A DNA stretch of 56,987 bases from an uncultured Enterobacteriaceae bacterium (GCA_964419905.1 CAYQSE010000010.1:1-56987); one strand, 5' to 3'; positions 1 through 9,155 are shown, counted from the stretch's first letter. The notes: generated by a model from the letters alone, not told the origin. Numbers and translations: made by a program.

Positions 1-145
1 CGAACCCGCCTTCATCCGGACTTCTTGGAGAAGTGATCAATCGACAGCCGGGACGCCCGCCCCACGTTCATGGGTCCTCGTGAACCCGCCTTCAGCGGGT
101 CTTGGTAGAGCAGTGATCGATCGTGAGCGCCTCGGGGGGGGGCGA
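1..145. repeat. two imperfect tandem ~60-bp repeats (GAACCCGCCTTCA...TTGGaGAgcAGTGATCgATCG...) followed by a G9 homopolymer (134-142)
   Basis: Seen directly. Copy A carries a GAGGA-ATG mini-ORF on the minus strand (12-71, MNVGRASRLSIDHFSKKSG). Copy B encodes ..TIDHCSTKTR* in the same relative frame. Confidence 0.5.
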
Positions 146-195
146 GCCCGCCAGCGTATGGCGAGCGGTGAGCACGGGCTCCCGCTCGCCCGCGC

Positions 196-1251
196 TCACT
201 CCGCGAGGAACGGCAGGATCGCGTTGCTGGCCGTGGTGAGTGTGCCCGCCACGGCGCCGCTGGCGTTGATGGCCAACGCCTGTGTTCTGAGCGACGCCGC
301 GACCTGGTCGTCCTCGTCGAGCAACCACTGCGGCTCACTCTCGGCATCACGCACCCAGATCGCGTCATGTGCCAGCGCATCGACGCCGTCGCGGCTCTGC
401 CAGCCGACCAGGGCGCCGTCCTCGTTGACATCGCGAACGGCGCCGAGCGGTGTCACGATCGTGTACGCGCTGGGCTCCGACGCGTGCCACACCAACCCGT
501 GGACGCCGTCTCCGCCGACGATCACCCCGCTGTCGGTGATCTTGTACGGCGTGACCATGGTGCCGCGCGACGCCGGCGTTGCCAGTACGGCTGGCTCCCC
601 GTCGGTCCAGACGTAGCCATCGATCACGGAGGTCGAGCTGCGCATGCAGAAGGCGACCACGTCACCCCCCGCGTTGATCGACCATCCGTTGCACAGCGAG
701 GTGCCCTCGGGATTCTTCAGGTAGTCCGACCCGGACGCACGCAGGATCGCGGTGTGATTGACCGTCCCGATGCGCGCGGTCGCGGCGACCTCACCGTAGG
801 TGTTCACCCCGCGCGGCGCGGTCACGCCTGTCGCCTCGGGGGGGAGCGGGAGGATCTCCCAGCCATCCCCCTGCCACAGCCCGACGCCGACGCGGAGGGT
901 GCCGCTCTGAAGGTATCGGACGGTGGCGGCGAGGTGGGTGCCGTCCGCGCTGACGCTGCCGGGATCGGTCGTGGACACCGTGTACTCGGCGACGGTGCCG
1001 TCGCTCTGGGTCACCCGCGCCACGCCCTTCAGGACCTCGATGGCGTCGTCATGCCACAGCACCGCGTACGTCCCGAAGGTCTGTCCAAAGCAACGGCCGG
1101 CGACGACGCCCGCGTCGGTGATGCCGACGGGTGAACAAGTGGTCGCTCCTTCAGGGAGCGGGAGCAGTCGGTAGGTGCTCGGCGGCTTCGGCCCGCCGTC
1201 GTCGTCGCCATCGCCACCGTCTCCCGCATCGTCACCGTCCTCGCAGCGCAC
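196..1251 (-). CDS. HAF-repeat secreted protein, possibly interrupted (in-frame TGA at 1255-1257 separates an upstream signal-peptide ORF 1258-1404 from this body)
   Basis: Repeated ...N(D/A)xG(q/v)vvG... units, typical of HAF extracellular repeats. It is a paralog of the 2166-3218 gene. A textbook signal peptide (MQQTAVLLLALSMVAPSAWA, ATG at 1404) is in the same frame, 51 codons upstream, and is separated only by a TGA. The track ORF itself starts at GTG 1251. Confidence 0.7.
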   Translation of the reverse strand: MRCEDGDDAGDGGDGDDDGGPKPPSTYRLLPLPEGATTCSPVGITDAGVVAGRCFGQTFGTYAVLWHDDAIEVLKGVARVTQSDGTVAEYTVSTTDPGSVSADGTHLAATVRYLQSGTLRVGVGLWQGDGWEILPLPPEATGVTAPRGVNTYGEVAATARIGTVNHTAILRASGSDYLKNPEGTSLCNGWSINAGGDVVAFCMRSSTSVIDGYVWTDGEPAVLATPASRGTMVTPYKITDSGVIVGGDGVHGLVWHASEPSAYTIVTPLGAVRDVNEDGALVGWQSRDGVDALAHDAIWVRDAESEPQWLLDEDDQVAASLRTQALAINASGAVAGTLTTASNAILPFLAE

Positions 1252-1897
1252 GCCTCACGCGAGCGGGTCGCCCTCGCCTTGGTCGAGACCGTACGCGTTG
1301 CCGGTGCACAGACCCTTCGCGTGCCCGTTGCCGTTGCCCGGGCGGGCCCAGGCGGACGGTGCGACCATCGAGAGCGCCAAGAGGAGAACCGCTGTCTGCT
1401 GCATCCCACACCCCCCTGCTCGAGACCCTCGGCGCCCGGCCTCCGTGGACGACGCGCCGATCCTGCAAGCTCGATCGTAGGCGAAAGGGTGGTGCCCGGA
1501 TCAATCCAGGTCGCGCGAACCCAGACCGGATGCGGTATCGCGTGAACCACCGTGGGAGGCGGTGATGGCGCGCTCGCTGGTGCGCCGGGTCGCGGTCGTG
1601 GGTTGCCCGATCACCCACGGGTTCCGGATCCATCAGAACGTCGACCGAAGGCTGGATGATGACCACCGACGTGTCGATCCGGTCAGGCCCGTGAGCGCCT
1701 CGACGGCCCGCCTGCTCGCGGCAGGCTCGCCAAACGTCCGTACCGGCCCGAAGCGCTCGAGCTCCACGACGGAGGATCACCAAGGTCCACAGAGGTCAGC
1801 GGATCGGGTCTCTGTAGACGAGGCACTTGATCTCGAGTGCTCGTGGGCAAGACGCGCTCCGACAAGGCGACGAGGACCGCGACATCGATGCGGCTTG

Positions 1898-1931
1898 CTC
1901 TGTGGAACATTGTGGACCTCTGTGGTCGAAC
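1898..1931. repeat. three 10-bp-phased TGTGG(A/T)(A/C)C direct repeats (1901, 1911, 1921) with an inverted CCACAGAGG copy at 1787-1795
   Basis: CTCTGTGGAACATTGTGGACCTCTGTGGTCGAAC. In the 760-bp intergenic spacer between the two HAF genes. Confidence 0.5.
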
Positions 1932-2165
1932 CAGGGCGAGTGCGCCGGCGATGACGCTACGCGAGGACAGGGCGTTGGAGGTCAGACCCCGGCGCCCATG
2001 CCACCAGACAGCCGGACCGCAGCACTTCACACGCTGCTGCTGCAACGGACGTATGGGGCCATAATCTCCGGCGGAACACCGGTCGCATGGGATCGGATCC
2101 CATGGGATCACGGGGCGGGGCCGGCCCCCACGGTCGTGGCGCGAGGATGCTGCGGCAGCGGCGCT

Positions 2166-3218
2166 TCAGCGGGCGACGAACGCCCGTGCGCGCCCGTTCT
2201 TCAGCCCAACGAGACCGACGACCGTGCCGTCTCGGTTGATCGCGCGCGGGAACGAGCGCTCGAAGTCCTCCGCGTCGACCAGCGGGGTCGGTTCCTGCCC
2301 GGCGTTTCGCCACCAGAGGCCCATCGGTGGGTCACCGACCGGGCCGTTGACGCCCACATAGCCGACGATCACGCTGCGGTCGTTGATCCCGTTGGCGGAC
2401 CCCTCCGAGGCGAGGAGGGTGCACGTGTCGGGCTCTGACGCGTCCCACGCCGCGGCGGCGCGCCCATCGAAGCCGACGATCTCGCCGTGGGCGTTGATCG
2501 CACGGCCGAAGGCGGCGCTGGTGGACGGCGCGCACCGCGGCAGGACATGGGGCGCGCCGGCATCCCACAGCACCGGCTCGAATGCGCCGGTGCTCCCCAT
2601 GAAGCACTGGCCCACGACCTGGTCGACGTCGTTCGTGGCGAAGGCGAGGCAGTTTCTCCCACCCACGGGCGGCAGCAAAGCATCGGACCCGCTCGGGTGG
2701 AACGCGGCCGCGACGCGGCTCACGCCTGGCGCGAACGCTGCGCCGACGACGACGCCCGATGCGCTGATTCCGCGCACGCCCGATCCGGTGAACCCCGTCG
2801 GCAGCGGCAGCGCCACCCACGCGCCGTTCTCCCACAGCGACGCACGGAACGCGACGGACCCGTCGGGGAGCTCAGCGCTGATCTGGCCGGCGATCTGCCC
2901 CGCGTCGTTCACGGCCCACGCGATGCCGGCGATCGGGTCGTGTGACGTCCACGCGCCGTCGGCGCCCTCGATGCGCAGCGGCCCGTCGAGCACGGTCAGT
3001 GCCCCGTCGACCCACGCGACCGGGAGGTCGTCGCAGGTCCCGACCACCACCCCGCTCGCGTTCAACGCGAACGCGTCGCAGTCGGCGTCCGGGGAGGGCG
3101 CCTCGAGCACGGTGAGGGTCGTGGGTGGCTTCGGCGCGCCGCGGCCGGGCACGGCGTGCGCCGCGAACGGCAGGGCGACGGCGGATGAGAGCGCGAGCAG
3201 CGCGATGCGACGGTCCAT
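2166..3218 (-). CDS. HAF-repeat secreted protein
   Basis: Signal peptide MDRRIALLALSSAVALPFAAHA (ATG at 3218) followed by repeated INDAGQIAG / VVVG / IVGF units. The longer track ORF to 3341 is an upstream extension. Confidence 0.75.
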   Translation of the reverse strand: MDRRIALLALSSAVALPFAAHAVPGRGAPKPPTTLTVLEAPSPDADCDAFALNASGVVVGTCDDLPVAWVDGALTVLDGPLRIEGADGAWTSHDPIAGIAWAVNDAGQIAGQISAELPDGSVAFRASLWENGAWVALPLPTGFTGSGVRGISASGVVVGAAFAPGVSRVAAAFHPSGSDALLPPVGGRNCLAFATNDVDQVVGQCFMGSTGAFEPVLWDAGAPHVLPRCAPSTSAAFGRAINAHGEIVGFDGRAAAAWDASEPDTCTLLASEGSANGINDRSVIVGYVGVNGPVGDPPMGLWWRNAGQEPTPLVDAEDFERSFPRAINRDGTVVGLVGLKNGRARAFVAR

Positions 3219-3389
3219 GATTTCCCCCTCGGCTCGGCGCGCGCCGTCCGGCGGCGTGCTGTTCGAGCATTCGCGAGTTTCTCGGTTGAGAAGACTCGTG
3301 GCAAGGAGCTGCGTGCGAGCCCGCGCGGCGGGCGGATTCATCGAGGACCGCCCGCGCGCGCTCGCGCAACAGTGTCGTGCGGAGGAGGA

Positions 3390-4709
3390 CTATGCGCCGG
3401 GTGGGGGCGGCGGCGCGCTGCCCGGCGGGGGCGGCGGCGCGGTCGCGAGCGCGGACTTCACCGCGTCGACCTCGACAGCCGGCTTCCATCCGGGCCAGCC
3501 CGCCTGCCACAGGTGGTGCGCGCCGTCCGGATCGGCCTTCACGATCGCGACGATCTCGGCGAGCGCGCGCTCACCGTCGCCGGCGGGGCCGTGGTAGTGG
3601 AACTTCGGCCCGGCGGACGGCTCGGGCGGCACGCGAGACGCGATCTCGGGCACCTCGGACCACGCCTTCCACGCGGGCCAGCCGGCCTGCCACACCATGT
3701 GCGATGCGGCGCGATCGGCGAGCACGCGGCGCGCGATCTCGTCGGCGGGGAGCTGGGCCTGGCCGCTGGGGCCGCTGTAGTGCAGCGGGGCTGCGCCGGG
3801 CAGCGGCGGCGGCGCGGCGCCGCCGGGCGCGCCGCCGAACGCCGCGCCCATCTGCGCGCCCATCATGTTGCCCATGCCGAAGCCGACGCCCATGCCCACG
3901 CCGGCGCCCGCGATCCCCGTGTTCTTCGCGGCGTGCTCGATCGCGTCCGCCGCCTTGAACTGGGTGTACGCGTTCAGATCGCCGATCACGCCCATCTTCG
4001 TGCGCGTGTCGAGCGCCTTCTCGACCTCTTCGGGCAGGCTGATGTTCTCGATCGTGAACGTGGTCAGCGTGATGCCGTAGGAGGCGGTGAACGCCGGGTT
4101 CATCCGATCCCGCAGCGTCTCGCCGAGCGAGAGGTAGCTCGACGCGAGGTCGAGCACCGGGATCTTCGACTGCCCGATCGTGTCGGCCACCGCGGACTGA
4201 AGCTGCTTCTTGAGCTGGCCGGAGATCTCGGCGGTGGTGAACAGCCCGTCGGTGCCGACGAGCTGGCGGATGAACACGGCGGGATCGGTGACGCGCCACG
4301 CGTAGATGCCGAAGCCGCGGATGCGCAGCGGGCCGAACTCGGCGTCGCGCATCATGATCGGGTTCGGCGTGCCCCACTTCTGATCGGTGAACTGCCGCGT
4401 GCTGACGAAGTAGACCTCGCCCTTGTAGGGGTAGTTCAGCTTGTAGGCGATGCTCTGGAAGAACGACGCGATCGGGGCGTTTCGCGTGTCGAGCGTGTAC
4501 GTGCCGGGACCGAACACGTCCGAGAGCTTGCCCTCGGACACGAACACCGCCGCCTGCCCTTCGCGCACGACCAGCTTCGACTTGTCGGTGATCATCTGGT
4601 TGAAGATCGGGAAGCGATACACGATCGTGTCGCTGGAGGCGTCGAGCCACTCGATGACTTCGAGGAACTGCGCGCCAGCGTGCGTCTTGAGGGTGTCCCA
4701 GAGGCTCAT
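3390..4709 (-). CDS. SPFH/band-7 domain protein with two C-terminal DUF4339 (GYF-like) repeats
   Basis: N-terminal MSLWDTLKTHAGAQFLEVIEWLDASSDTIVYRFP... resembles SPFH (COG4260-type). A Gly/Met-rich linker follows. Two repeats HY(S/H)GP...(L/E)...WQAGWP(A/G)WK(A/P) match DUF4339. GGGAGGAG RBS lies 6 nt before ATG 4709. Confidence 0.8.
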   Translation of the reverse strand: MSLWDTLKTHAGAQFLEVIEWLDASSDTIVYRFPIFNQMITDKSKLVVREGQAAVFVSEGKLSDVFGPGTYTLDTRNAPIASFFQSIAYKLNYPYKGEVYFVSTRQFTDQKWGTPNPIMMRDAEFGPLRIRGFGIYAWRVTDPAVFIRQLVGTDGLFTTAEISGQLKKQLQSAVADTIGQSKIPVLDLASSYLSLGETLRDRMNPAFTASYGITLTTFTIENISLPEEVEKALDTRTKMGVIGDLNAYTQFKAADAIEHAAKNTGIAGAGVGMGVGFGMGNMMGAQMGAAFGGAPGGAAPPPLPGAAPLHYSGPSGQAQLPADEIARRVLADRAASHMVWQAGWPAWKAWSEVPEIASRVPPEPSAGPKFHYHGPAGDGERALAEIVAIVKADPDGAHHLWQAGWPGWKPAVEVDAVKSALATAPPPPPGSAPPPPPGA

Positions 4710-4757
4710 GGATCGACTCCTCCCGGTCTTGGGGGCAATAGAGTAATCCCTGCCATC

Positions 4758-5372
4758 ATGCGCGACACCACCCCCCGACGCTTCGTCGCCGCCCTCGAGC
4801 GGCTCACCCCTCCCCAGCTCGCCGCTGGCGCGCTCGCGCTCGTGTGCGGGCCGCTGATCGGCACGGTCTGGGCCACCGGCGCGCTCGACGCGGTGCTGAT
4901 CGTGGCGTCTGCGCTCGGCGCGCTCGGCGCGGGCGCGCTCGCCCTGCATCGCCGCCGGCTCGACGCGCTGCCGCTGGAGCTCTCGCCGGTCGCCCTCGCC
5001 ACGACCGAGCGCGGGCATCGCGTGTACCGGTTCCGCGCGCGCCTCGGGCACGGACGGGTGCTGCGCGCCGTGGGCCACGAGGTCCGCTTCGAGCTCCCGG
5101 ACGGCTCGATGCTCACGCTCCCCACCGCCATCCCTCACCTCTCGGCCGTGGTGGGGCCGTGGACGATCCTGGTCGATGACGGGCCGGGGCTGTGCGACCG
5201 GCCTGGCGTGTTCCGCGTGCGGGCGTGGGGTCGGGAGGGCGCGCGGACGTGGGAGACCGAGCGCGTCTATCCGCGCGAGGCGCTCCAGCCGGGGCGGTTC
5301 GCGCGGCCGGCGGAGCGGTGGCGCGGTCGGCTCGCGCTCTCGCCGGACTGGGACGCGGTGGAGCCGGCGTGA
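4758..5372 (+). CDS. hypothetical membrane protein
   Basis: ATG at 4758. The N-terminus has two hydrophobic helices (LAAGALALVCGPLIGTVWATGALDAVLIVASALGALGAGALAL). The stop overlaps the next gene start (GTGA). No recognisable domain. Confidence 0.45.
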   Translation: MRDTTPRRFVAALERLTPPQLAAGALALVCGPLIGTVWATGALDAVLIVASALGALGAGALALHRRRLDALPLELSPVALATTERGHRVYRFRARLGHGRVLRAVGHEVRFELPDGSMLTLPTAIPHLSAVVGPWTILVDDGPGLCDRPGVFRVRAWGREGARTWETERVYPREALQPGRFARPAERWRGRLALSPDWDAVEPA

Positions 5373-6856
5373 GCCCGATCCTCCTCGCGACGACGCTCGC
5401 GCTGGGGCCGATGGACCTGGTTCGGGTCGACGATCCCGACTTCCCGGGCGCGGACGCCGTGTCCGCGACCGGCGCGGTGCTGCTCGCGCCCCCGCCGCCC
5501 GGCGTGCCGTGGCGGTGGGAGGCGGTGCCCGAGACGACCGCCGCGCCCGCCGTCGAGGCGCTCGACGCGATGCAGGTGCAGGGCTGGCACGACGCGGGGT
5601 TCACCGGCGCGGGCGTGAAGGTCGCGGTGTTCGACCTGCAGTGGTTCGGGGTCGAGGCCGACGCGGCGACGCTCGCGCCGTTCACGACGCACGACTGCTA
5701 CCTCACACCCACCTGCGAGGCGCCGATGGACACCTGGCGTCCGCGCTTCGGCTTCGAGGAGGGCGCGCACGGTCACGCCTGCGCGCAGGTGATCCGCGAC
5801 ATCGCGCCCGACGCGATGCTGCACCTGGTGCGGGTGAACACGAGCACGACGCTCGAGAACGCGGTGGACTGGGCGATCCGCGAGGGCGTGCACGTGGTGA
5901 GCATGTCGCTGTCGTTCTTCAACACGAGCTTCTACGACGGCACGGGCTTCGTGTCGGCCCAGATCGACAAGCTCGCGCGCGCGGGCGTGCTGCCGGTGGT
6001 CAGCGCGGGCAACTACGCGAGCGCGCACTGGCACGGGCCGTACGCCGACACCAACCACGACGGGCGCATGGACCTCGACGGCGGCGACGGGCTGTGGGTG
6101 AACCTGCCGGTGGGTGGGGTCCGGGGGCTGTTCGTGAACTGGAACCAGCACCGCTCGTGCGGGCTGACCGACCTGGACGCCTACCTCTACGACGCGGCGG
6201 GCAACCGGGTCGGCGGCTCGGAGGACGTGCAGCAGGTCGGCGCGGACCGCTGCGCGCCGGTGGAGCGGCTGTCCGGCATGGTCACCGAGGCGGGCTGGCA
6301 CCGGCTCGAGATCGTGCACCGGCGCGGCGCGCGCGTCGCGCTCGAGGTCGACGTGCTCGCGACGAGCGGTCGCGTGTTCGAGGGGCACCCCGGCGGCTCG
6401 ATCGCGGATCCGGGCTCGGCGGCGGGCGCGTTCACCGTCGGCGCGGTGCGGGCGCGCGGCTACCTCACCAACGACGTCGCGTCGTACTCGTCGCGGGGCC
6501 CCACCTCGGACGGCCGCGAGAAGCCCGACATCGCGGGCCCGGACGGGCTGACCACCGTGTCCTACGGGCTCGAGGGCTTCTTCGGCACCTCGGCGGCGGC
6601 GCCCGCGGTGGCGGGCCTGGTCGCGCTGGTCCTCTCGGAGGATCCGAGCCTGACGCCCCGCGCTGCCGCCGCGCGCCTCCAGGGGTGGGCGATCGGCGCG
6701 CCGCGCGCGCCCTGGCGAGGCGATCCGCGCTGGGGTGCGGGGAAGGCCCGTCTGCCGTCGGAGCCCGAGCCGGTGGGATGCGGACGGCGCCCCCTCCTGC
6801 TCCCGTTGTGGCTGCCGCCGCTGTTCCTGCTGCGCCGCCGCGTCGGTGCGCGGTAG
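5369..6856 (+). CDS. S8 family subtilisin-like serine peptidase with MYXO-CTERM-like C-terminal sorting tail
   Basis: HGHACAQV (catalytic His) and GTSAAAPAVAGLVAL (catalytic Ser, GTSxAAP) motifs. The C-terminus GCGRRPLLLPLWLPPLFLLRRR resembles the MYXO-CTERM Cys-Gly/hydrophobic/Arg-cluster tail. Start GTG 5369 overlaps the upstream stop; alternative ATG at 5411. Confidence 0.8.
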   Translation: MSPILLATTLALGPMDLVRVDDPDFPGADAVSATGAVLLAPPPPGVPWRWEAVPETTAAPAVEALDAMQVQGWHDAGFTGAGVKVAVFDLQWFGVEADAATLAPFTTHDCYLTPTCEAPMDTWRPRFGFEEGAHGHACAQVIRDIAPDAMLHLVRVNTSTTLENAVDWAIREGVHVVSMSLSFFNTSFYDGTGFVSAQIDKLARAGVLPVVSAGNYASAHWHGPYADTNHDGRMDLDGGDGLWVNLPVGGVRGLFVNWNQHRSCGLTDLDAYLYDAAGNRVGGSEDVQQVGADRCAPVERLSGMVTEAGWHRLEIVHRRGARVALEVDVLATSGRVFEGHPGGSIADPGSAAGAFTVGAVRARGYLTNDVASYSSRGPTSDGREKPDIAGPDGLTTVSYGLEGFFGTSAAAPAVAGLVALVLSEDPSLTPRAAAARLQGWAIGAPRAPWRGDPRWGAGKARLPSEPEPVGCGRRPLLLPLWLPPLFLLRRRVGAR

Positions 6857-6857
6857 G

Positions 6858-9080
6858 ATGCCGTCCGTGCATCGGCGCCTCCCCATCGCGATCGGCAGCG
6901 TGCTCCTGGCCGCCTGCGTCTCTCCGGGCGCGGTCGAGCCCGTGGGCGCGGCGTTCTCGCTGTGGGAGGTCGACGGGTACGCGGTCGATGACCGAGCCGG
7001 CGGGGTGCCCCTGCCCGTCCTCGTGCGCGCGGTCAACGCGTGGAGCGCGCCGGTCCCCGACGCGTCCGCGCGGGTCCGCGTCGGCGCCGACGCGGTCGAC
7101 ATCCCGCTGGACGCCTACGGCTACGGGACGGCGTGGGTCGTGGCGCCCGGATCGATCGAGGTCGCCGCCGGAGGTGCGCGCGCCACCGCGCACGCCACCG
7201 ACGCGGCAGTCGCACCGCTGGCGCTCTCGGGGGCCGCGCCGCCCGCCGGCGAGCTGATCGGCGCAGTGGCGGGTGCGCGCGGCGCGCTCGTCGCGACCGC
7301 GGACGCCGTGTCGTTCGTCGCGCTCGACGGGTCGCGCCACGAGGTGCTGCGTCCGCCGGGCGGCGGCATCCAGGGGCTGCACGCCGCCCATCTCGATCAC
7401 GACGGGGTGATCGACGCGGTCGTGTGGACGAGCGACGTGGTCGTCGGGCTGCGGGGGCGTCCGGGCGGCGGCGCGGGCTGGTCGTTCGGGCTGCGCGCGG
7501 ATGGCTGGGCGGTCGGTGGGGTGGCGGTCGGCGACCTGAGCGGCGATGGCCTGCCCGACGTCGCCGTCGCGTGGGTCGACGGCGCGCGCACCACGGTCGA
7601 GGTGTTCGAGGCGCTCGGGCTGGAGCGCTACGAGGCCGCGGGGGTGGTGCAGGTCAGCGCGCGCGTGGTCGGGCTGGCCGTTGGCGACGCCGACGGCAGC
7701 GGGACCGCACAGCTCACCGCGATGCGTCTCGACGGCGAGTGGTCGCGGATCGCGCGCGGTCCCGGCGGGACGTACGGCCACGTCGGGCCCTCGTGGCCCC
7801 AGCTTCAGATCGCGGCCGAGACGGGGACGCGGCCCGCGAGCGAGGGCGACTTCGACGGCGACGGCGGGGCCGAGGTGTTCCTGTTCGGGCCGCGTGCCGC
7901 CGGCGTCGAGCGCGTCGTGCAGGTCTGGGGTCTGCTCGGTGATCCGCCCACCGTGTTCCAGCTCTCGGCGACGGGGGCGTTCGTCGACCTCGCGGACGCC
8001 CAGGGCGACGGCCTGATCGACCTGTGGCTGCTCGACGAGCACGGGGAGCTCACGGTGCTCACCCGCGCCGAAGGGCTCAACACCCGCCGCAGGGTGGCCA
8101 CGCTGCCCGAGTCCGGCCCGCTCGCGCTGTTCGATCAGGACGGCGATCGACGCCCGGAGCTGTTCGTCGCGGGCGGCACGCTGTGGACCTGGCGCGACGG
8201 GGCCGCGCACCCGACCGATCCGTGGACCGAGGCCGAGGCCGACGTGCTGCGGTTCCCGGTCGGCGCGCGTGCGGCGGTCGTCGCGGGTGATCTCGACGCG
8301 AACCCCGACAACCTCGAGGTCGCGACGCTCGGGTGGACGGACGACGGGGCCGTCGTGTCGCTGTTCCGCCTCGCGGTGGGCGCGACGCCGACCCTCACGC
8401 TGGTGGACACGATCCTCCTCTCGTCGACCGGGGAGCCGCGCGATCTGGCCCTGTGCGGCTCCACGATCTACGCACTGGCCGACGACGCGCTCGCCGCGTT
8501 GACGTTCGCCGGCGGCGTGAGCGAGGCGGTGCAGGCGGGCGGAGACCACGTCGCGTGCGGCGTCGGAGCGAACGGCGCGCGGGTCGCGGTGGCGGACGCG
8601 AGCCGGATCGAGCTTCGCGATGCCGGTCTCTCGGTCGTCGAGCAGCGCGAGGTGGGCGCGCACGGGCTCGCGTTCGTGGGCGCGGGGGTGAGCGACGCGC
8701 TCGCGGTGTGCGACGCGCCGGGCTGCGGGGTCGTCGGCTGGGCGTGGTCCGCGGTCGGCGGCCCGGTCGTCGCCCGCACCGAGGCGGGCGGGATCACGGT
8801 CGAGGTCGAGCCGGCCGCGCGGCTGGACGGCGCCGGGGCGCTGCTCACCGGCGACGTCGACGGCGACGGGAACACCGACCTGATCGCCGCGTCGGGCGAG
8901 TGGATCGCGGTCTACCTGTCCACGGGCGAAGGCTTCGGCGTCGGGCGATCGTTCCGCGCGCCGCGCCCGGTGGTGGGGCGTCCAGTGGCGGTCGACGCGA
9001 CCGGCGACGGGGCGGACGACCTGCTGTGGATCGACGACGCGGGCGATCTGGTCCTGTCTCGGCGCGGCGGCGCATGGTGA
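6858..9080 (+). CDS. FG-GAP/integrin-alpha-like repeat lipoprotein
   Basis: Lipoprotein signal MPSVHRRLPIAIGSVLLAAC. Repeated GDLSGDGLPDVAVAW, GDFDGDGGAEVFLF, GDVDGDGNTDLIAA, DATGDGADDLLWID (FG-GAP calcium-binding loops). The ATG is 1 nt after the protease TAG. Confidence 0.75.
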   Translation: MPSVHRRLPIAIGSVLLAACVSPGAVEPVGAAFSLWEVDGYAVDDRAGGVPLPVLVRAVNAWSAPVPDASARVRVGADAVDIPLDAYGYGTAWVVAPGSIEVAAGGARATAHATDAAVAPLALSGAAPPAGELIGAVAGARGALVATADAVSFVALDGSRHEVLRPPGGGIQGLHAAHLDHDGVIDAVVWTSDVVVGLRGRPGGGAGWSFGLRADGWAVGGVAVGDLSGDGLPDVAVAWVDGARTTVEVFEALGLERYEAAGVVQVSARVVGLAVGDADGSGTAQLTAMRLDGEWSRIARGPGGTYGHVGPSWPQLQIAAETGTRPASEGDFDGDGGAEVFLFGPRAAGVERVVQVWGLLGDPPTVFQLSATGAFVDLADAQGDGLIDLWLLDEHGELTVLTRAEGLNTRRRVATLPESGPLALFDQDGDRRPELFVAGGTLWTWRDGAAHPTDPWTEAEADVLRFPVGARAAVVAGDLDANPDNLEVATLGWTDDGAVVSLFRLAVGATPTLTLVDTILLSSTGEPRDLALCGSTIYALADDALAALTFAGGVSEAVQAGGDHVACGVGANGARVAVADASRIELRDAGLSVVEQREVGAHGLAFVGAGVSDALAVCDAPGCGVVGWAWSAVGGPVVARTEAGGITVEVEPAARLDGAGALLTGDVDGDGNTDLIAASGEWIAVYLSTGEGFGVGRSFRAPRPVVGRPVAVDATGDGADDLLWIDDAGDLVLSRRGGAW

Positions 9081-9155
9081 GCCCGGGATCGCTGCTGAAG
9101 CCGGGCCGCGACCCGGGCCGGGCGTCATTTTCCGGTCGCTTGTGGCGCGACCGGC

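Noticed and set aside
82-150. possible tRNA suggested by a GGTAGAGCAG D-loop-like string
   Set aside because: No acceptor stem, anticodon arm or GTTCGAATCC-type T-arm could be paired. More likely part of the tandem repeat.
1252-1300. selenocysteine insertion at the in-frame TGA of the HAF gene
   Set aside because: No evident SECIS-like hairpin immediately downstream, and the position is in a Gly/Asp linker not a redox motif. Pseudogene or sequencing error is more parsimonious, but not fully excluded.
2083-2103. CATGGGATC-GGATCC-CATGGGATC repeat/palindrome as a terminator of the upstream HAF gene
   Set aside because: Short stem, no U-tract. Noted only as a local repeat.
3372-4757. 5' two thirds of the 666-aa plus-strand ORF opposite the SPFH gene
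   Set aside because: Arg-rich garbage antisense to the recognisable SPFH gene. Only the distal part from ATG 4758 was kept as a possible gene.
5176-7257. 693-aa and 611-aa alternative-frame ORFs over the protease region
   Set aside because: Extreme Arg/Gly/Ala composition, no motifs. They overlap the motif-supported S8 protease frame.
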